Assembly: GCA_965649765.1 (NCBI GenBank)
Contig: OZ287753.1
Coordinates: forward strand, 15,810,001-15,874,000
Direction of reading: 5' to 3'
Source of the DNA: Bispira polyomma
Lineage: Eukaryota
DNA length: 64,000 nt
In this document: positions 11,991 through 26,424 of the stretch, in pieces
How positions within the stretch are numbered: the stretch's first letter is position 1
How the letters are laid out: each line of letters opens with the position of its first letter
Notes under the pieces: model-generated
Databases searched by the model: none
What the model was told of the DNA's origin: nothing
What the model saw: only the letters and a program-made list of their open reading frames with translations
Position numbers and translations under genes: made by a program

Positions 11991-13918
11991 TTTGAGAGCG
12001 TTGGGTACACATTAATTAATCAGTAAACTAAGTGCTCAATCTCCAAACACTCATGGAGTTTAAGGTGTCACATTCAAAAAAGGTGTGTATCATAAGCTGC
12101 TAACCAAAAAAGGGTTACTGCTTCTCATATGCAGGAACTTTTATTAATCAGGATACCAGTTGGGAAACTCACTTATAATAATGGATTTATACTAGGACTC
12201 ATCATATCTCTGGAAATTACCTAACCATAGACAATGGAACATTATATATTAATTCCCACAATATCTCTAAATTTAACCAAACCATCTACAATATACTCAA
12301 TATCTAGCCATCAAAACAATACACGACAGAAACACAATTGGAAAAATAAAAAAAAAATAAAAATGCTATAGCGAACCAAGTACTTCTTTAAAACTAGCAG
12401 TTCTGTCTTGGCTAATGTGTACATCTTGTTCTGAATTCAGCTTCCATTTTAAAGTTTTCATTAAGCTATCCAAAAATAAATCCCTTGTTTTTCCTAGATT
12501 TGCAGATAAAATATTCTCAGTAAATATAACATAATTGACCATTTATAAAATATATTGCTAATACCCCATAAAACCCCCAAAACTGAACTATTGAGTTTCA
12601 AATTGCAAGGGACGAGATTACACAGCCACTTTTGGACGTGACACCAGAAAATAACATGGACACGTGGAAAATGCTGCTATTATTATGATTTTTATCAGGA
12701 CTACCTGTTTCTGCAGTAGATAGATCTATCGATCTGTCAAATTCCAATGACATCTGCCGCTGTGTCTTAATCCAAGACCCATTACACAAAGATATAGTTG
12801 TTCATTGTATACTTATAAATTCATAAATTTCCGGTGTTGTTTCCTGTGGCCAAGTGTTAGAGAGTGATCTGCTGATCGAAGCATATTAATTTAATTCAAG
12901 GCATTGATATATTGGTTATTGGTGGATAATATCCTTGGGCAAGATTTGAACATGTCATTGCCTTTGTTGTATATCTGTCTCTTTTTGGTTTAATGTTAAG
13001 TGATGCTCGGCATAAGAAATGCCTGGCATCAGTTGGAAATATACAAACTGTATCAACTAAAACCGAAATAAATTAAAGACCAACAAATTGATGACTTTCA
13101 CACTCTCAATGATAAAACAAGCATTCAGTGACTGATGACTCTGTCACATATCTTCGATAGGATGTTAGAAACAACAGACAGAAATAAAAAAAAAAATATC
13201 TTGCCAGAATACAAGCATTTAGTGTCCGATCGATCACATTACTCAAAACGCTACACCCAAAAACATTCCTAATTACTGTAAGCAGATATCCAGCGAGTGA
13301 ACCACAGTCGCTAGTTAAGGTGGTGCCCAAATATTCTTCTGTTTTCGCTTGCAGAACACGTTGGTTGTATATAATTATCTTCTACCGCTGCGATGACTTT
13401 TGGTCAAATACACAGGGGACCATTCTGATGTCAATGACCAAGTGCTACATTGTCCTCAGAAAACCAAATTAGATGTCGTAATATGGGTTAAATTATGCAT
13501 TCGTACTCAAAAGTACAGTTACAATATATATAAATAGTTTTTTTTAACAACTAAATGACAGAGGTGCAATTAAAAATAATTGTGCGGTATAACAGTAAAG
13601 AGACTATTTTACACATAATATTCAAGCATACAAGCAATTTCATCTTCTGAGAGAAATAAACTGTCATTACCTCTTTTGCATTTAAGACTGTCTCTGGTGC
13701 TAAGGAGACTTGCAATATGACTAACTTTTACATAATCGTGAGTTGTACCCTCAAAACATGTTATCTTTATACAATTATGGATAAAGTCATTACTGTAGGA
13801 CTTACTATTGTCAACATACTAGGCTGGCACATAACTTAATAACTGAAAATGACTACTGACGATACTTGTCATTATTAACTCTTCATCAATACATGGTCCT
13901 GTTCTCTTTTCATACATA

Positions 13919-14678
13919 CAGTCTGGAACACATACCTCGATATGAAAATCTCGAATTTTAGCTTACCTCGACTGTCTGTCAAAGTCCCGGTGGATATATT
14001 GTACATTATACACTAAACAAGGTCTTTTTATCGACCTCACAGCCCCTTGTTATAATTTATACCGAGGTGTTTTCCCACAATGACGGCAAAAACTGATAAC
14101 ATATCCAAACACACAAGACTGACTATCCCCGGTAAATCTGCATTTAATTAGATAAACACACACCACTTTACCAACAACAGGTCCATTTATATCCTAGAAC
14201 AATAAAAAGACAAGCATGCTTTGAAAGGGGAAGAGGGGGGACAAGATCAAAGCTAGTGATACCAAAACGGGGAGAAGGCTGACATCAGCCAACTAGGGGG
14301 AATGTGGAGGGGGGAGAAAAAACAATATGCTGCAGTAGAAGCTTTATACAGGGAGACAAGGTGTGGTGTTTGTGTGTGTGTGGATATGCAGACATATATG
14401 GGAGGGAGATCGGGAGGGGTAGTGTGTGTGTGTACTTGTACACTGCAGTAGAAGCTTTACACAGGCAGACATGGTGTGTGTGTGTGTGTGTGTGTACCAA
14501 GTTTTTATTTTGTTGTGTATATAATAGCTGGTTTACGGTGTGCTTTATACAGTGTCTCTGTATATATGACTGATAAAAATAGCCTTGTGGTTTTCTCGAG
14601 AAAATGATGTCTCGAGAAAATGATGTCTCGATCAAATGTGCCTGGTCCCTTGCCATTCGAGAAAAGTGTTCTAGACTG
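13919..14678. mobile_element. pogo/Tigger-type (Tc1/mariner superfamily) MITE
   Basis: TA|CAGTCTGGAACAC at 13917-13931 and GTGTTCTAGACTG|TA at 14666-14680 (12/13 inverted match); subterminal CTCGA repeats; internal (GT)n. Confidence 0.75.
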
Positions 14679-15179
14679 TATAAACAAAAGATCAGTAACA
14701 TTTTACCAAATAATGAAAATGTAAATTATATATAGCTAAAGGCTGTTATTGTTTTTATTTTCTTCCATTTTCGCTACTCCACATGCTTTTTTACTAACAA
14801 TGTTTGTTGTCAAGATCAGTTGTGTAATTTCTTGTAATATTGATACTCCATATGCTTTCCTTATGACAATGTGGTGTAGTGTACCAAACAGTTAAGATTT
14901 TGACAATATTTAATCTATAGGTTTTGGATTATATCTTAAGTAGAAAAAACTTATCCTTTACCAAATAAATAAATATTATACTTTGCTTACACTTAACTTC
15001 TATCTCTCATCCCAGATCACACCATTCATGACTGTTAACTTTATATGTTAACTAATACATTTTACCCTCTCAGATTTCAATGCAGTTTTTTAGCCATCTA
15101 AAACATGGTATAAATAGTTCATATATTTCAGTAATATCAAATATATATAATCTTCAATTCTATAATTCTATTTATATAT

Positions 15180-15406
15180 ATTTTTTTTAATTGGGATATT
15201 TAACATTCACTCTAGTACCTGTTTAGGTTATATTGGGACAGGTAGTTAAAAACACTGGAGAAAACACCGCATACAGTTAGTCAACATTCTGGGAACTACC
15301 ACCTTTCCATCATAGACATCGATGGGAGGCGAACCCAGATCTCCAGATGTGAGGAACTAGTAATTGTAAAGCGCAATGCTTGCTAACCACTAGGCCACTG
15401 CGGCCC
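15180..15406 (-). mobile_element. tRNA-derived SINE, copy 2 (older, diverged)
   Basis: Colinear similarity to 8454-8703, including the TGGCCTAGTGGTTAGCAAGCA head. No clean TSD. Confidence 0.85.
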
Positions 15407-18400
15407 CTATTCACATACTGGAATTAACAGATTCTACGCAATAACTTTCCAACATTACATATTAATATTAGTTTAGATTCTGATATAACATCCAAAATTT
15501 ACCATGTAAACCAAATAGTAGGTTTTACTTCAATCAATTATTCATATAAACCTATAATACTAAATTAAGCTAAATGTTCTACCCCTGGTGGCTACCTCAC
15601 AATGTCCTTCTGGCACCTCCCTCAACAGCAACAAGACTATGAAAGCAACTCCTTTTATACAGAAACCCCAGACACCACAGATTTTCAGACACCAACATAA
15701 TTCAGATACAATGCCTTCCATTGGCCGAGAATTTAATATGCACCTAACTTTTGAGGAGACAATTTCCCATTTTGAATGAAATGAAGTCAAAAATCTTTAT
15801 GAGGTTGATCACATACTAGATTAGAAATACACAATGATATCAACGTTATATTATTTACAACATATTTACCATAACAATGTAATGGCCGACACCTATAATC
15901 GCTACAGTAACATTTGGACATTGTTATAAGAAAAGTCTGTTAATTATTCCAACCCACGTTAAAAGGTAAGATAAATTAAATTCCCCTTAAATTATAAAAT
16001 ATATTGTACTTTTAAATAAGTGCGAAAAGAAATTAATATCAAATAACGGACTTCTCTTATAACAATAACCAAGTACTACAGCAGTCATTGTACTGTCACA
16101 GTTTGTCGACATCTAGGGAGAAATCTACAAACTGAACCCATAATGAGTGAAGTTCCCTAAGTGGCTGATTAAATAGACTTAAAGTTAAAGGCTTTAAAAT
16201 CAGTTTTGAACTCTGTAAACAAGTAATAAACCATGGTACTACACCAGGGCCTTACAAAATTGTGAGAAAATGTAGATGGCAGTAAATGTATGTTCAACGG
16301 ATACATTTTAGGGTAGAAATACATTTGTAAGTCAGTCTGGATACTGTTACAACTATATGTATTGACCATAAGCAGAAACAAATCAAATAATTTTAATCTT
16401 ACCAAATAGTAGAATAAATCCAATCCAGTAATTCTGTAACATTTTGAAATGTTCGACTTCTTGCAAAATAACACAACTCCTCAATGGAAATTTGAAACTA
16501 AAACAGAACGAGGCACTAAAGCAACTTTTCACAACCAATTCCAACCTGTATGTGACAAATGACTGTCAAGTGATGCAATTTTGTTAAATATACCTTTAAT
16601 TATACTTCATTTAAGTCATAATGGATACAGGTTTTCAAATTAACTTTTTTTAGTTAATTGAACTGGACATAAAGAACATTTTCTGACAGAGAGCAGTATA
16701 ATTTGCACACTGTTTATTAATAGTACCAAACCCACATGTTAATTTTCTCTATATTATAAAGTTATTAATTATACTTACAATGAAAGATTACTAAAAATGG
16801 ATTGTCAGTTACTGGCACTGTGTAAATTCACCTCATACTATAATTTGTTGTAAAATTTTTTTTTTCAATTAAACAAATAATACATTTAATGGTTTCAGAC
16901 ATTAAACAACTGAAGATTAAACATTACTTGAACACAGTGTATGAGCTATGGTGAATATAATTAGTTTTAAAACGAATTACATCATCATTTTACATCTGTG
17001 CCTTTCAAACAAATTATTGTCTCAGAAATCTTTGCAAACCATTGTTTTGTAGGGTCACAATTTCTACAATTATATTGTGGGATAAGAGGTATATAGATTT
17101 TGAGATGAGTAAGGAGAGATCCTTTATTTGCTCAAAGAAATTAGGTATATATTTAAGTCTAAAATTTATGCAAAATACTATGCGAATCAGAATATCAGAC
17201 GAAACCAAAATTATGGTGAAGATGTTTCCAAGCAAATTCCACCTTGAATAAAACCTATCTTCTTGGTATCTTCTTTTCATCCCACTTTGTGAACAGTATA
17301 TGCTCAAAGAGTAACTCTTTGTGGAATACCAAAATATATATTTTCTGGAGAATAACAGTTTATAATTAACGGGTCAGGAGGTTTATAATTGGTATCTTAA
17401 TTCCAATCTTATTTAGAATCCATCTCTGTATATTTTTCTATTGTTGGCAAACACTTTAATTAATGTCGAATATTTTTGAGACATTCACTACAAAAGGTAA
17501 TTAGTTTGCTGACTGATAATTTTATTTTGCGTAAAAGATTATTTGTTTAAGATTTTATATTAAAAAAAAATTAAACTCTTGTCATCTAGAGTTTTAAAAC
17601 ATATTCGATAAATTACTGACCAAATGTTTTCGGACATGTATTTTTTTTAATTTGATTTGTTTATTATAGTGACATGCAATATAATGACAACAATATGTAA
17701 CACAAGTAAATAAAAATTGCCCAGCCCCAATGGGCTTCTAAGTCTCTTTGACAATAAATATATTATTAACAGTGGATATAGTTGTTATAATTTTACACAT
17801 CCTTTGTAATAATACAATTTTATTTGTAATAATTAATACAATCATAATGTTCTTGATCAGACTTCTGGGCATCTTTAGTACGTTAGGCCTTTGATGTGGG
17901 CTAACAAAAAGATCTATAAAGAAGCCCAGCAGACCTTTCCAGTACATTATTACAATTTTTTTTTTTTAATTTGATAGATAAGTTGAATTTTAGTAAGTCA
18001 TATTTCCATACAAACACATATACAAGTACATATGACACAGAAATAATTATTTATTAACTATATTTTGTCTTATTTTCCAGGAATCAGCTAAGAATGACAA
18101 TACAAGTTGTTTTTCGAATCAATATTATATTAAGTTTATCTATATCTAAAATTGGTGAAAAGTGAGATAAATTCTCTTGTATTATATTAAATAACCTTCG
18201 TGTAACATTCATCTTATCTTGGTAGCCATTGTGCAGAGAAAAGATTTTTTTTAATATTTAGCACTTATCTATAGGGCCCTTTAGTCATGACTGTTTTTGG
18301 GTGTGTATGTGGTCATGACCACGGGTCAGTTAAAACTAAGTATTCTGTGTAAAACTCCACATGGCTTGATCAGTGTAGAGTTTGGTCACCTGGCCGAAAG

Positions 18401-19264
18401 ACCTGCTTTTAAAACATTCCCTCCCACCCAGTACTTTCCTGTATTAAAATATTGTTTTGTATATTTAAGGCTGTATTACACATGACTGGAAGTGTTTTGA
18501 AGGTCACAGAAGCTCTACCTCCATGGATGATGGTTTGTTTTATGTCTGAAATTTCTATGCATTGTCAGAAGTTATCTCTGGAATTACAAGGACTCACTGA
18601 TGTTTATTTCTCTGGAAATTTCTGTTATATCTGGATTGCGTGGGAAGGATGGAATTGCTTGTTATATCTGGATATTACACGGAGGATTCCCTGCTGATGT
18701 GTGGCGTGTGGCTTTTTCCTTAATTACCTTTAGGGTCTGGACAATATATGCTTGCCTACTTGGCCTCATGTATGCCTTATAAACTTGTATTTTATTTTTT
18801 AATATTATTTTGCTCTACCAGGACGGGACTTGATGTAATTGTTGGACTAACAACTAATATACCTATATTTTAACCATGTAAAGTTATGTACAGTTTTAAC
18901 ACATATATTAAAAAAGCTAAAAACTAAAACTCCCAAAGCGTTGTGTAACATGGTGTTTATTTTATGTTGTATATTTATGGTTGGCTGCTTTCGTTGGCCT
19001 GAAAACTATAATGCTTCATCCATGGTTCCTCTCCAATCTTTCATCTCTTGGCATTTCGAACTTTGCTTCTTTCACTGGAACACCTTCCTGTGGAACGCTT
19101 CAATCACTATGAATCTAAGTTTGATCTTGGCCCGAAGTATAATGTAGATATGTGTGTTTATGTTAGTTTGTTTTACAAAGTTGTAATAAGTGATCTGTTT
19201 TGATTATTTTTACAGTGGTGTCTAAGAATTGCATTGTGACTATTCATTTAGTAGCTGTCATACT

Positions 19265-19815
19265 ACCGTTCTTATATTCACATAAAATTGTAATTCTCAC
19301 TGTATTGAAGAAGTCTTTTGTATTATGTCCAGTCATATAAAAACATATTTCCATTAGTTAAAGATAGTATATTTCAAACAAACCATGTAAAAAGCTTGAG
19401 AAACATCCCAACACTAACACTTGCTACAGAACAAGGGATAATCTCAAATCTATTTTAAGTTAACCCCTCTGCTAATATTTTCATATTGATATCAAATTGT
19501 AATTTTTACTACAATGAAGAAGTATGTTGCAATATGTCCACCCTTAATAAAGTCTATTTCTATTTGTTGAGGAAAGTTTATTTAAATCAAACCATGGTAA
19601 TACATTAATAAATGTACTTTAAATGCCAAAGAAGAGGGGGGTAATGTATAATCTATTTTATGTGACCCCCTATAATAACATTCTTATATTTACAGTAAAT
19701 TTTAATTCTCAATAAAATGTAGAAGTTTAGAATATTATGTCCAGTTTTCTTTAATTCTATTCTATTTTAATCAAACCACGTGAAAACCTTAATATATGTA
19801 CTCAAACATTAATGA
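19265..19815. repeat. Old diverged tandem repeat, ~205-bp period, ~2.7 copies
   Basis: Recurring TTCTTATATT..AAATTGTAATT...GAAGAAGT...TATGTCCA...AAACCA at ~19270, ~19478 and ~19681. Confidence 0.6.
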
Positions 19816-21016
19816 TCAAGACCTAGTGATTTGTATTGTTATTTATGATGATTTATATGTATTTTAGTAGTACTTGTAAATAACACAATTGTCCTCCACA
19901 GGGGACCAGGCCAACTGTCCCAACCACCCGGGCACAAAAACCTACCTCAAAAGACAAATCAGATGAATCTGTCAGGGAAAAAATAAATACCTCAAACATT
20001 AGTTTCACTGTCTTTAACAATTATACCCACTTATCACCTTTCACCTTCTTATTTTGACCTCTCACGTTTACCAAATTGAACTTTGAGATTCAGCCACAGA
20101 GAATCTACTGTTCATGACACAGTAGTACAGTGAAAAGTTTTTATATTGTAAAATACAATCTTCAACACTTCAACAGTGTAATCACTAGGTGTGACCAAAG
20201 TTGGTGGTTTTGTCAAGTTAGTTTTTTAACTAATCTTTACTGGTGAAGTACTGTGCAGTTCCTTTGGTGGGTTACCGTGGAAACCACTTGCATTGCACTC
20301 AGACCTATTGCCTCCTATAGATGGGTGAGTTCCTAAGTAAACTGCCTATAGTTTAAATATAGGACAAATTTGTTCTACTATATGTATTAAGGGGTTGTGT
20401 TTGACCATATAAAGTAGAAGCATATCAGGAGGATAATAACTCCCAATAGCTTGTTCAGTAATAATATAAGTGACCATTAGGATGAGGTATTTTATTACCA
20501 TAAGGGATAAGTAAAAAGCCAGATTCTTTTATTGGAAATAATACTTTTTATTAAAATATGACCATTGTGTCAATAAAAAATAAGTAATGTTATACTTAGT
20601 AATTTGGGTAATAATTATCTGGTAATATTACCAAGAACAATAAATATTGTTCATAGGTGTAATCAAAAATAATTGTTGTTCTGATTAAAACAGAGGCATT
20701 TATTGAACCTCATCTTCGCTGTCTGTTATGTTCCCAAAAAGCTTTCTTAGCTGGGCCACATAACTGGAACTGGTGTTGATATTGAGGTTCATTGGTGTAG
20801 AGGCATCCATGTTGTGGCAAATTTCTGGTGCGGATGGTGAGTACCCAGTCGAACAGGCTGACCAAGGGTTTATTACAGGGGGGGAGCACAGCGATTCGCA
20901 CGAAATTTACTGAAATTTAACAAATATGAGCAAAAGGAAATAATGTTTACGGAATTTACTGGTAATTTGTGGAGGTCGTTCCATTGCATATAAATCTGAC
21001 TCGTATCCAGATATAT

Positions 21017-24000
21017 TACTTTATTTTATTTTATTTATTTATTCATACACAAGGTATAATATTACAAATACAGAATACATAAATGTTTTTTCAACCAGGA
21101 ACAAGGAACAATGTTATTAAACACTATTTACAGTTTGGCAGTTACATTAAATTTTATACAAATCTTCAAGATGTACATAAACATTCTAACATACAACTAA
21201 TCTCAGTATAATTAAATTTAGTATGATTTCTCTCTTTAATACTAATGAGATCTCTAATATTTCCACATATTATTTCATCCTCTATGTTAATCTGAGAGTT
21301 AACATGCTTGTCACTTATATTTTTAAATTCTTGAGGTGCTTTAAGAGCACATTTATAACTACAATTAAGTTCCTTTGAAATTACATTAATATTTTTTCCC
21401 ACATTGGAATGACTTCCATAAACAGCCAGTCTACCAGCAAGTTCTACACAATTGTTATCACTGGTCAGTATTGTATTTATAAATTTGTTGAATCTTTTAT
21501 ACAACTGCACATTCATTGGGACATCATTGCATACTAAATGTATGTATCTACTATGAGTTCTGTTTGACAGGTTAAATAGTCTTCTTATTGCTTTTCTCCA
21601 TGCTGTATAAAATTTTAAAATTTCTCTAGATTCAAAATCCCATAGTACACAGCCATAGAGAGGCATACAATAACTTTTAAACAATTTGTATTTCACTGAC
21701 ACAGATGCATTTTGAAATGTATTAAGTATACTATTTAAAGCAACATTAAATGAATTTATAGCTTCATCTATCGTTTTTACTTTTGCATTTAAACCAATTA
21801 TGTGACCTAAATGCACAGACTGTGAAACACGTTTAATATAAAAATTATTATGACATACGCCTGCAATCATTTTCCCTTTTGAAGCTGGAAAGTGCAGAAG
21901 TTGATATTTTTCTGCATTAAACAACACATTATATTTATGTCCGAAAACATCACATATTTTAAGCATTTCTTTCATTGAAGATAGTGTAGGAGATATTAAT
22001 ACAGCATCATCAGCATACCCTAATCCACCCATAAACACATTGTCAATATAACAACCTAAACCACTCCCTTTTAATTTTTCAAACATTTCATCCATATAAA
22101 TTGTGAAAAGCACAGGGGATAGAATGTCCCCTTGTTTTACACCATTTGATATTTTAACAGATTTTGAAACATAATGGTCCCATTTAATTCTAATTGATTG
22201 ATGTGTGTACAGAAAGCCAGTAGGCGACATATAAAAGGACATAAACCTTTCTCTACCAATAGAGAAAACAGTCTTGTATACTCTACACGATCAAAGGCCT
22301 TACTGGCATCTAACATCATTACATATACGTCATTACTATTATTATTATAATATTTGATTACTCCATTTAACACAAGTGTACATTGAGTAGTTGACTGTTG
22401 TCTTTTAAAACCAAACTGTAAATCACTTGATTTTAGAATATTTCTACTGCTGGATAAAATTAACAATTCAAGAACCTTACCTGTGATGCTACTAAGGGCT
22501 ATACCTCTGTAATTTTTTTAATCATTCAATGATTTCTTTCTATTTTTGGGGATTGGTATAACTGTTGATACAAGTAGGTCGCCAGGTGAAAAACAATGCT
22601 TTAACATAGAGTTGTACAGTAAATTCAGATATACATATAATTTATGACAACCATGAATAATGTTATCAGACCATTGATTAACTCCATCACTTTTGTTATG
22701 TTTTAGTAGTTTAACAGCATCAATAACTTCACTAACATTAAAGAAGTGTTTAAAGTAGCAGCTATCTGAAGTACATTTTGGCACAATTGACTCATTCATA
22801 TTTGAAACAAGAGACTGCATTTCATTAACATTATAACCAACTGAGTTGTATAACTCTTTGTATTTATCAGAAAAATGGTTACTTATATTTATACCACCAA
22901 CAACACTATCTATATTGTTAGGATTAACTGATTTAACTCCTTTGACTTTTTTTATACTGGTCCAAAAATCATTAGTTTTATTGCATAAAACACATTCAGC
23001 CAGTTTATTTGCAAGAATAACTTCTTTGTCTCTCTTTACTTGCCTTAGAGCATAATGGTATTTGGCTCTAGTTTTCTTGCGAATCTCAGGGATCCAGCCT
23101 GATCTTGGACAATCATTTTCTTTCCATAACCGATGCCAAAACATACTCTGCTGCCTATGTGGCTCAACATATTCTGACCACCCAGGAATTTTATTTACAT
23201 TTGAACTATTCATTTTTCTTGTTTTTGGTATACATGAATCACAAGCAACACCACAGGCTCTGACAATCATATTATAAAAGTTTTCAATAGCTTGACACTG
23301 ACTCCTGTTTTCACATTTTAATGTTGTACAGTTAACAACACAGGATGGAATATTAATACTGGATAACATTGAGTCTAACATAGTTTTGTAGGAATTTAAA
23401 TCAGAAGCACTTGCTTTATGCCACAGTGGCACATTTTGTTTATTATCCGCAGAATAATCCGTAGGTACATTTAATTGCATTAAAACTGGACAGTGATCAG
23501 AAAAATTATCATGATCATGTAAAGATCTATACTGTAAAACCTTATTCATAAGTACGTCGGTCAGTAGAAAATGATCAATTATTGATCTAGATCCATTTAC
23601 CTTACTTTCAAATGTAAACTGAATTTCACAATTATCATGATTTAAACCACAATTCAATTGTTCTCTACTCATAAAAGATAACAGTGCATCAGTATTATAA
23701 CCAGTTCTGGAAAATGATGTATTGAAGTCCCCACCAATAATTATATGTTCTTCATCAGATTCTTTTATTAAAGACTCTAAATCATTGAAGACACCAGTTA
23801 GTTCTTCTATATATGAATTTTGAGCAGCCTGATAAGTAGGCATGTATACATTACACAATAGGTAACTGCAAGGGCCAAATTTTACTTTTACTCTTTTTGA
23901 TTGGTTTACAATAGGAGTAACAGATGCTATCAGTGAGCTATTCCATAGTATTGCACATCCACCAAATGGGCGTCCATAATTAATTTCACTGGAGGACATG

Positions 24001-24500
24001 GGTGTCACACTATGAAAATTAATATTAGATAGTTTTTTACTAAAAAGACAGGACCAACCCAAACTGATTATCAGCTAACCAATGTTCTTGTACTATAACT
24101 ATATCAGCCTTTGCAAGAAGTTTGTTTAAATATTCAAACCTTCCTGCACCACTACCGTGAGAATTATATGTACAGATAGAGAGTAATTTGTTCACTTTCA
24201 GTTTTAAAACTATTACACCAATAAATCATGAATAATATACATATTATTTGTGTTCATCAAGTTGTTTCTTGACATTACGAAACCTTCTAACACCTATCCC
24301 AATTGGCCATGCTTCTTCATTGAGTAAATCATTCAAACTGGATATAGGAATTGTCACTTTGAAAGATTTATACTTGGAATTATCGTGTGACATTTGTTCT
24401 ATCTTTAGCACAGATACCTTCTGAGCCTCTAAGTAAAATTTCACATCACTGTCTGTAGTAACCGGGTCCAGTCAAAAAACAAACAAATCACAAATAAGGT
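21017..24500 (-). mobile_element. Non-LTR retrotransposon, Proto2/RTE-X-like, 5'-truncated within ORF1
   Basis: ORF1 C-terminal RRM-like segment at 24244-24444 (SFKVTIP...WPIGIGVRRF). ORF2 is split into APE (TYNSHG, QEHWL, GGDFN, SDHCP) and RT pieces (LDASKAFD, KQGDILSPVLF, YADD) at 22518-24062, 22137-22466 and 21166-22242. (TAAA)n tail at ~21017-21043. The clade name is from motif memory. Confidence 0.85.
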
Positions 24501-24917
24501 ACTTCTGATGAATTTTAACCACAAGTTAGAAACTAAAGTCACTGGGTTAATATAGATTAGAAGTGGACAGCTTTTCGCCATTTTCAAACAATAGCAAATA
24601 TTTAGATTAAAATATTACCTATAACTTTTATTAACAATAATAATTATATTATGAAATAGTTTATGTACACGATAGATAATATGAGAAACAGAAAAGAAAC
24701 CCCAATACAGCCCAATAGCCAATAATTAGTACTGTCTAAACATCAACCTCAAATTTTGTGCAGTACCACTGTTTATTTAGCTGTGTTGGTACTTTAAATT
24801 CATTTAAAATTTATTTAGGCAGACAGTATTCTATATATTTGTGGTGTAGGCATGTGTATGTTATATGAATATTATAATGCGAAAATAATTCCTTTAAAAT
24901 GAATATTATACAGTCAT

Positions 24918-25390
24918 TAGGTGTAATAACCATATTAATGGCGAAATGCTGTCCACCACGAATTGCTGTCCCCCCCCCCTGTATACCGAAGCATTTTTAA
25001 GTTTTTGAATAAAAGTAGTCTTTCAATAAGGAATTTTGATCCCGACGTCTATTTTTGCGGAGCTTCGAGGTTTAGTAGTGCCCCTAACTCCCGTCACGAG
25101 TATATCAACAATTTAACCACGGCAGAAGAAGACACCGGTGTATCAAGAACGTTTAACAGCAAATTCAATATAATGTATCTACATTTGTTTAATTGTGTGT
25201 TAAACTATAAATTTTTAATATCCCTTGTATGAAAACACAAATAACCGCCAATGGTGCTTGCTAAACTTTACAAGTGATATGGCCCGCTGCAGTGATTTGG
25301 CCCCCAACTCCCGGGCCATATCAGGAAATATGGTATGTCATTTGATCGCATTTTAACCAATAGGATCGCTAGATTCGCCGCCGAGGTATA
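24918..25390. mobile_element. Possible Crypton-like non-autonomous element
   Basis: CpG-rich island with an internal hairpin (GATATGGCCCG...CGGGCCATATC) and a terminus CCAATAGGAT...GAGGTATAATA, which resembles invertebrate non-autonomous Crypton ends. Confidence 0.3.
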
Positions 25391-25438
25391 ATATATATAT
25401 ATATATATATAAAAATAAATATATATATATATATATAT

Positions 25439-25466
<28 letters not shown>
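25391..25466. repeat. 76-bp perfect AT-only palindrome inside a (TA)n tract
   Basis: (AT)10-AAAAATAAAT-(AT)8-ATTTATTTTT-(AT)10, centred at 25428/25429. Confidence 0.9.
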
Positions 25467-25469
<3 letters not shown>

Positions 25470-26424
25470 CTCCTGGATTCATCATTAGGCAGACAGTTCG
25501 TAGTAAATACACCACCTTAAGTAGACATTTACATTAAGTAGACATTTTCGTGTCTACTTAATGTTTAGGCCTCTTAAAAAATATTTTTGGATCAATTTAA
25601 ATTAATATTAGCAATGCTTTCCTGTTTTTGGTTACCCATATTTTTTAATAAAAATATTCACTATTTTTATTTTTTATGTAGTAAAGTGACAATGAACATG
25701 TAAAGTTTTGAAGCTTATATATTCCTTAAGTAGACAGTGTGTAAAAACCTCACTTGAGTAGACAGAAATCAAATTTCAAATTATACAAAAGTTAATAGGG
25801 TATATTTAAATTATAATTGTACAGTGTTCAAAAGGAATTTTTAAGGAATCATTTTATTGATATTATAAATTTTCATCTCCGAAAATAAGGAAAAAAAACT
25901 GACATATACTTTTTTCATCCTAAGTATACACTTAGGGTATGACTTTCTGTATGAGTACATTGTATATTGTGTACTCATACAATGCCTTTAGATATTTTTT
26001 TTAATGCATGGATGTTGCTGTCTTTTATTAACCACTGTTGAACTCTTTTAGCTAATTTTTATAAATAAAGTAAATTAATGTCACAGTTACAAAATAATTA
26101 AATGTAAGACAGCACATAATTGAATATTCAAATAATTTTACATGTGAGTCAGAACATTGAAAAAGTTAGCGCTCCCAGTTTATCTTCTTAGTTATATGTA
26201 AAGGTGTGTCACAATTTACAAAATTAAGTTATTACAGAGTCATAAGAAAAAATTGTACTTCAAAAAGTGTGTTTGTCCTATACTCCCTGAACACCTACTG
26301 AGGAGGCTTTTTCAAAACGAATAGCATCAAGATTTTTTTTCAAAAGCAGGTTCAGTGACAAAACAATCCGATAATACATAACACATTCAGCCCCAAGACT
26401 GTTTAGATCAATTGACAATACATT

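Noticed and set aside
14285-14701. 138-aa and 89-aa ORFs rich in H/T or C/V
   Set aside because: These are translations of (GT)n microsatellites inside a MITE.
16140-17450. ORFs 16169-16474 and 17014-17307 as host genes
   Set aside because: Only faint resemblance to LINE C-terminal regions; too decayed to call and no splice structure.
18950-19140. Penelope GIY-YIG endonuclease remnant (LRFIVIE...RLER..W)
   Set aside because: Requires frameshifts and the match is too short to support.
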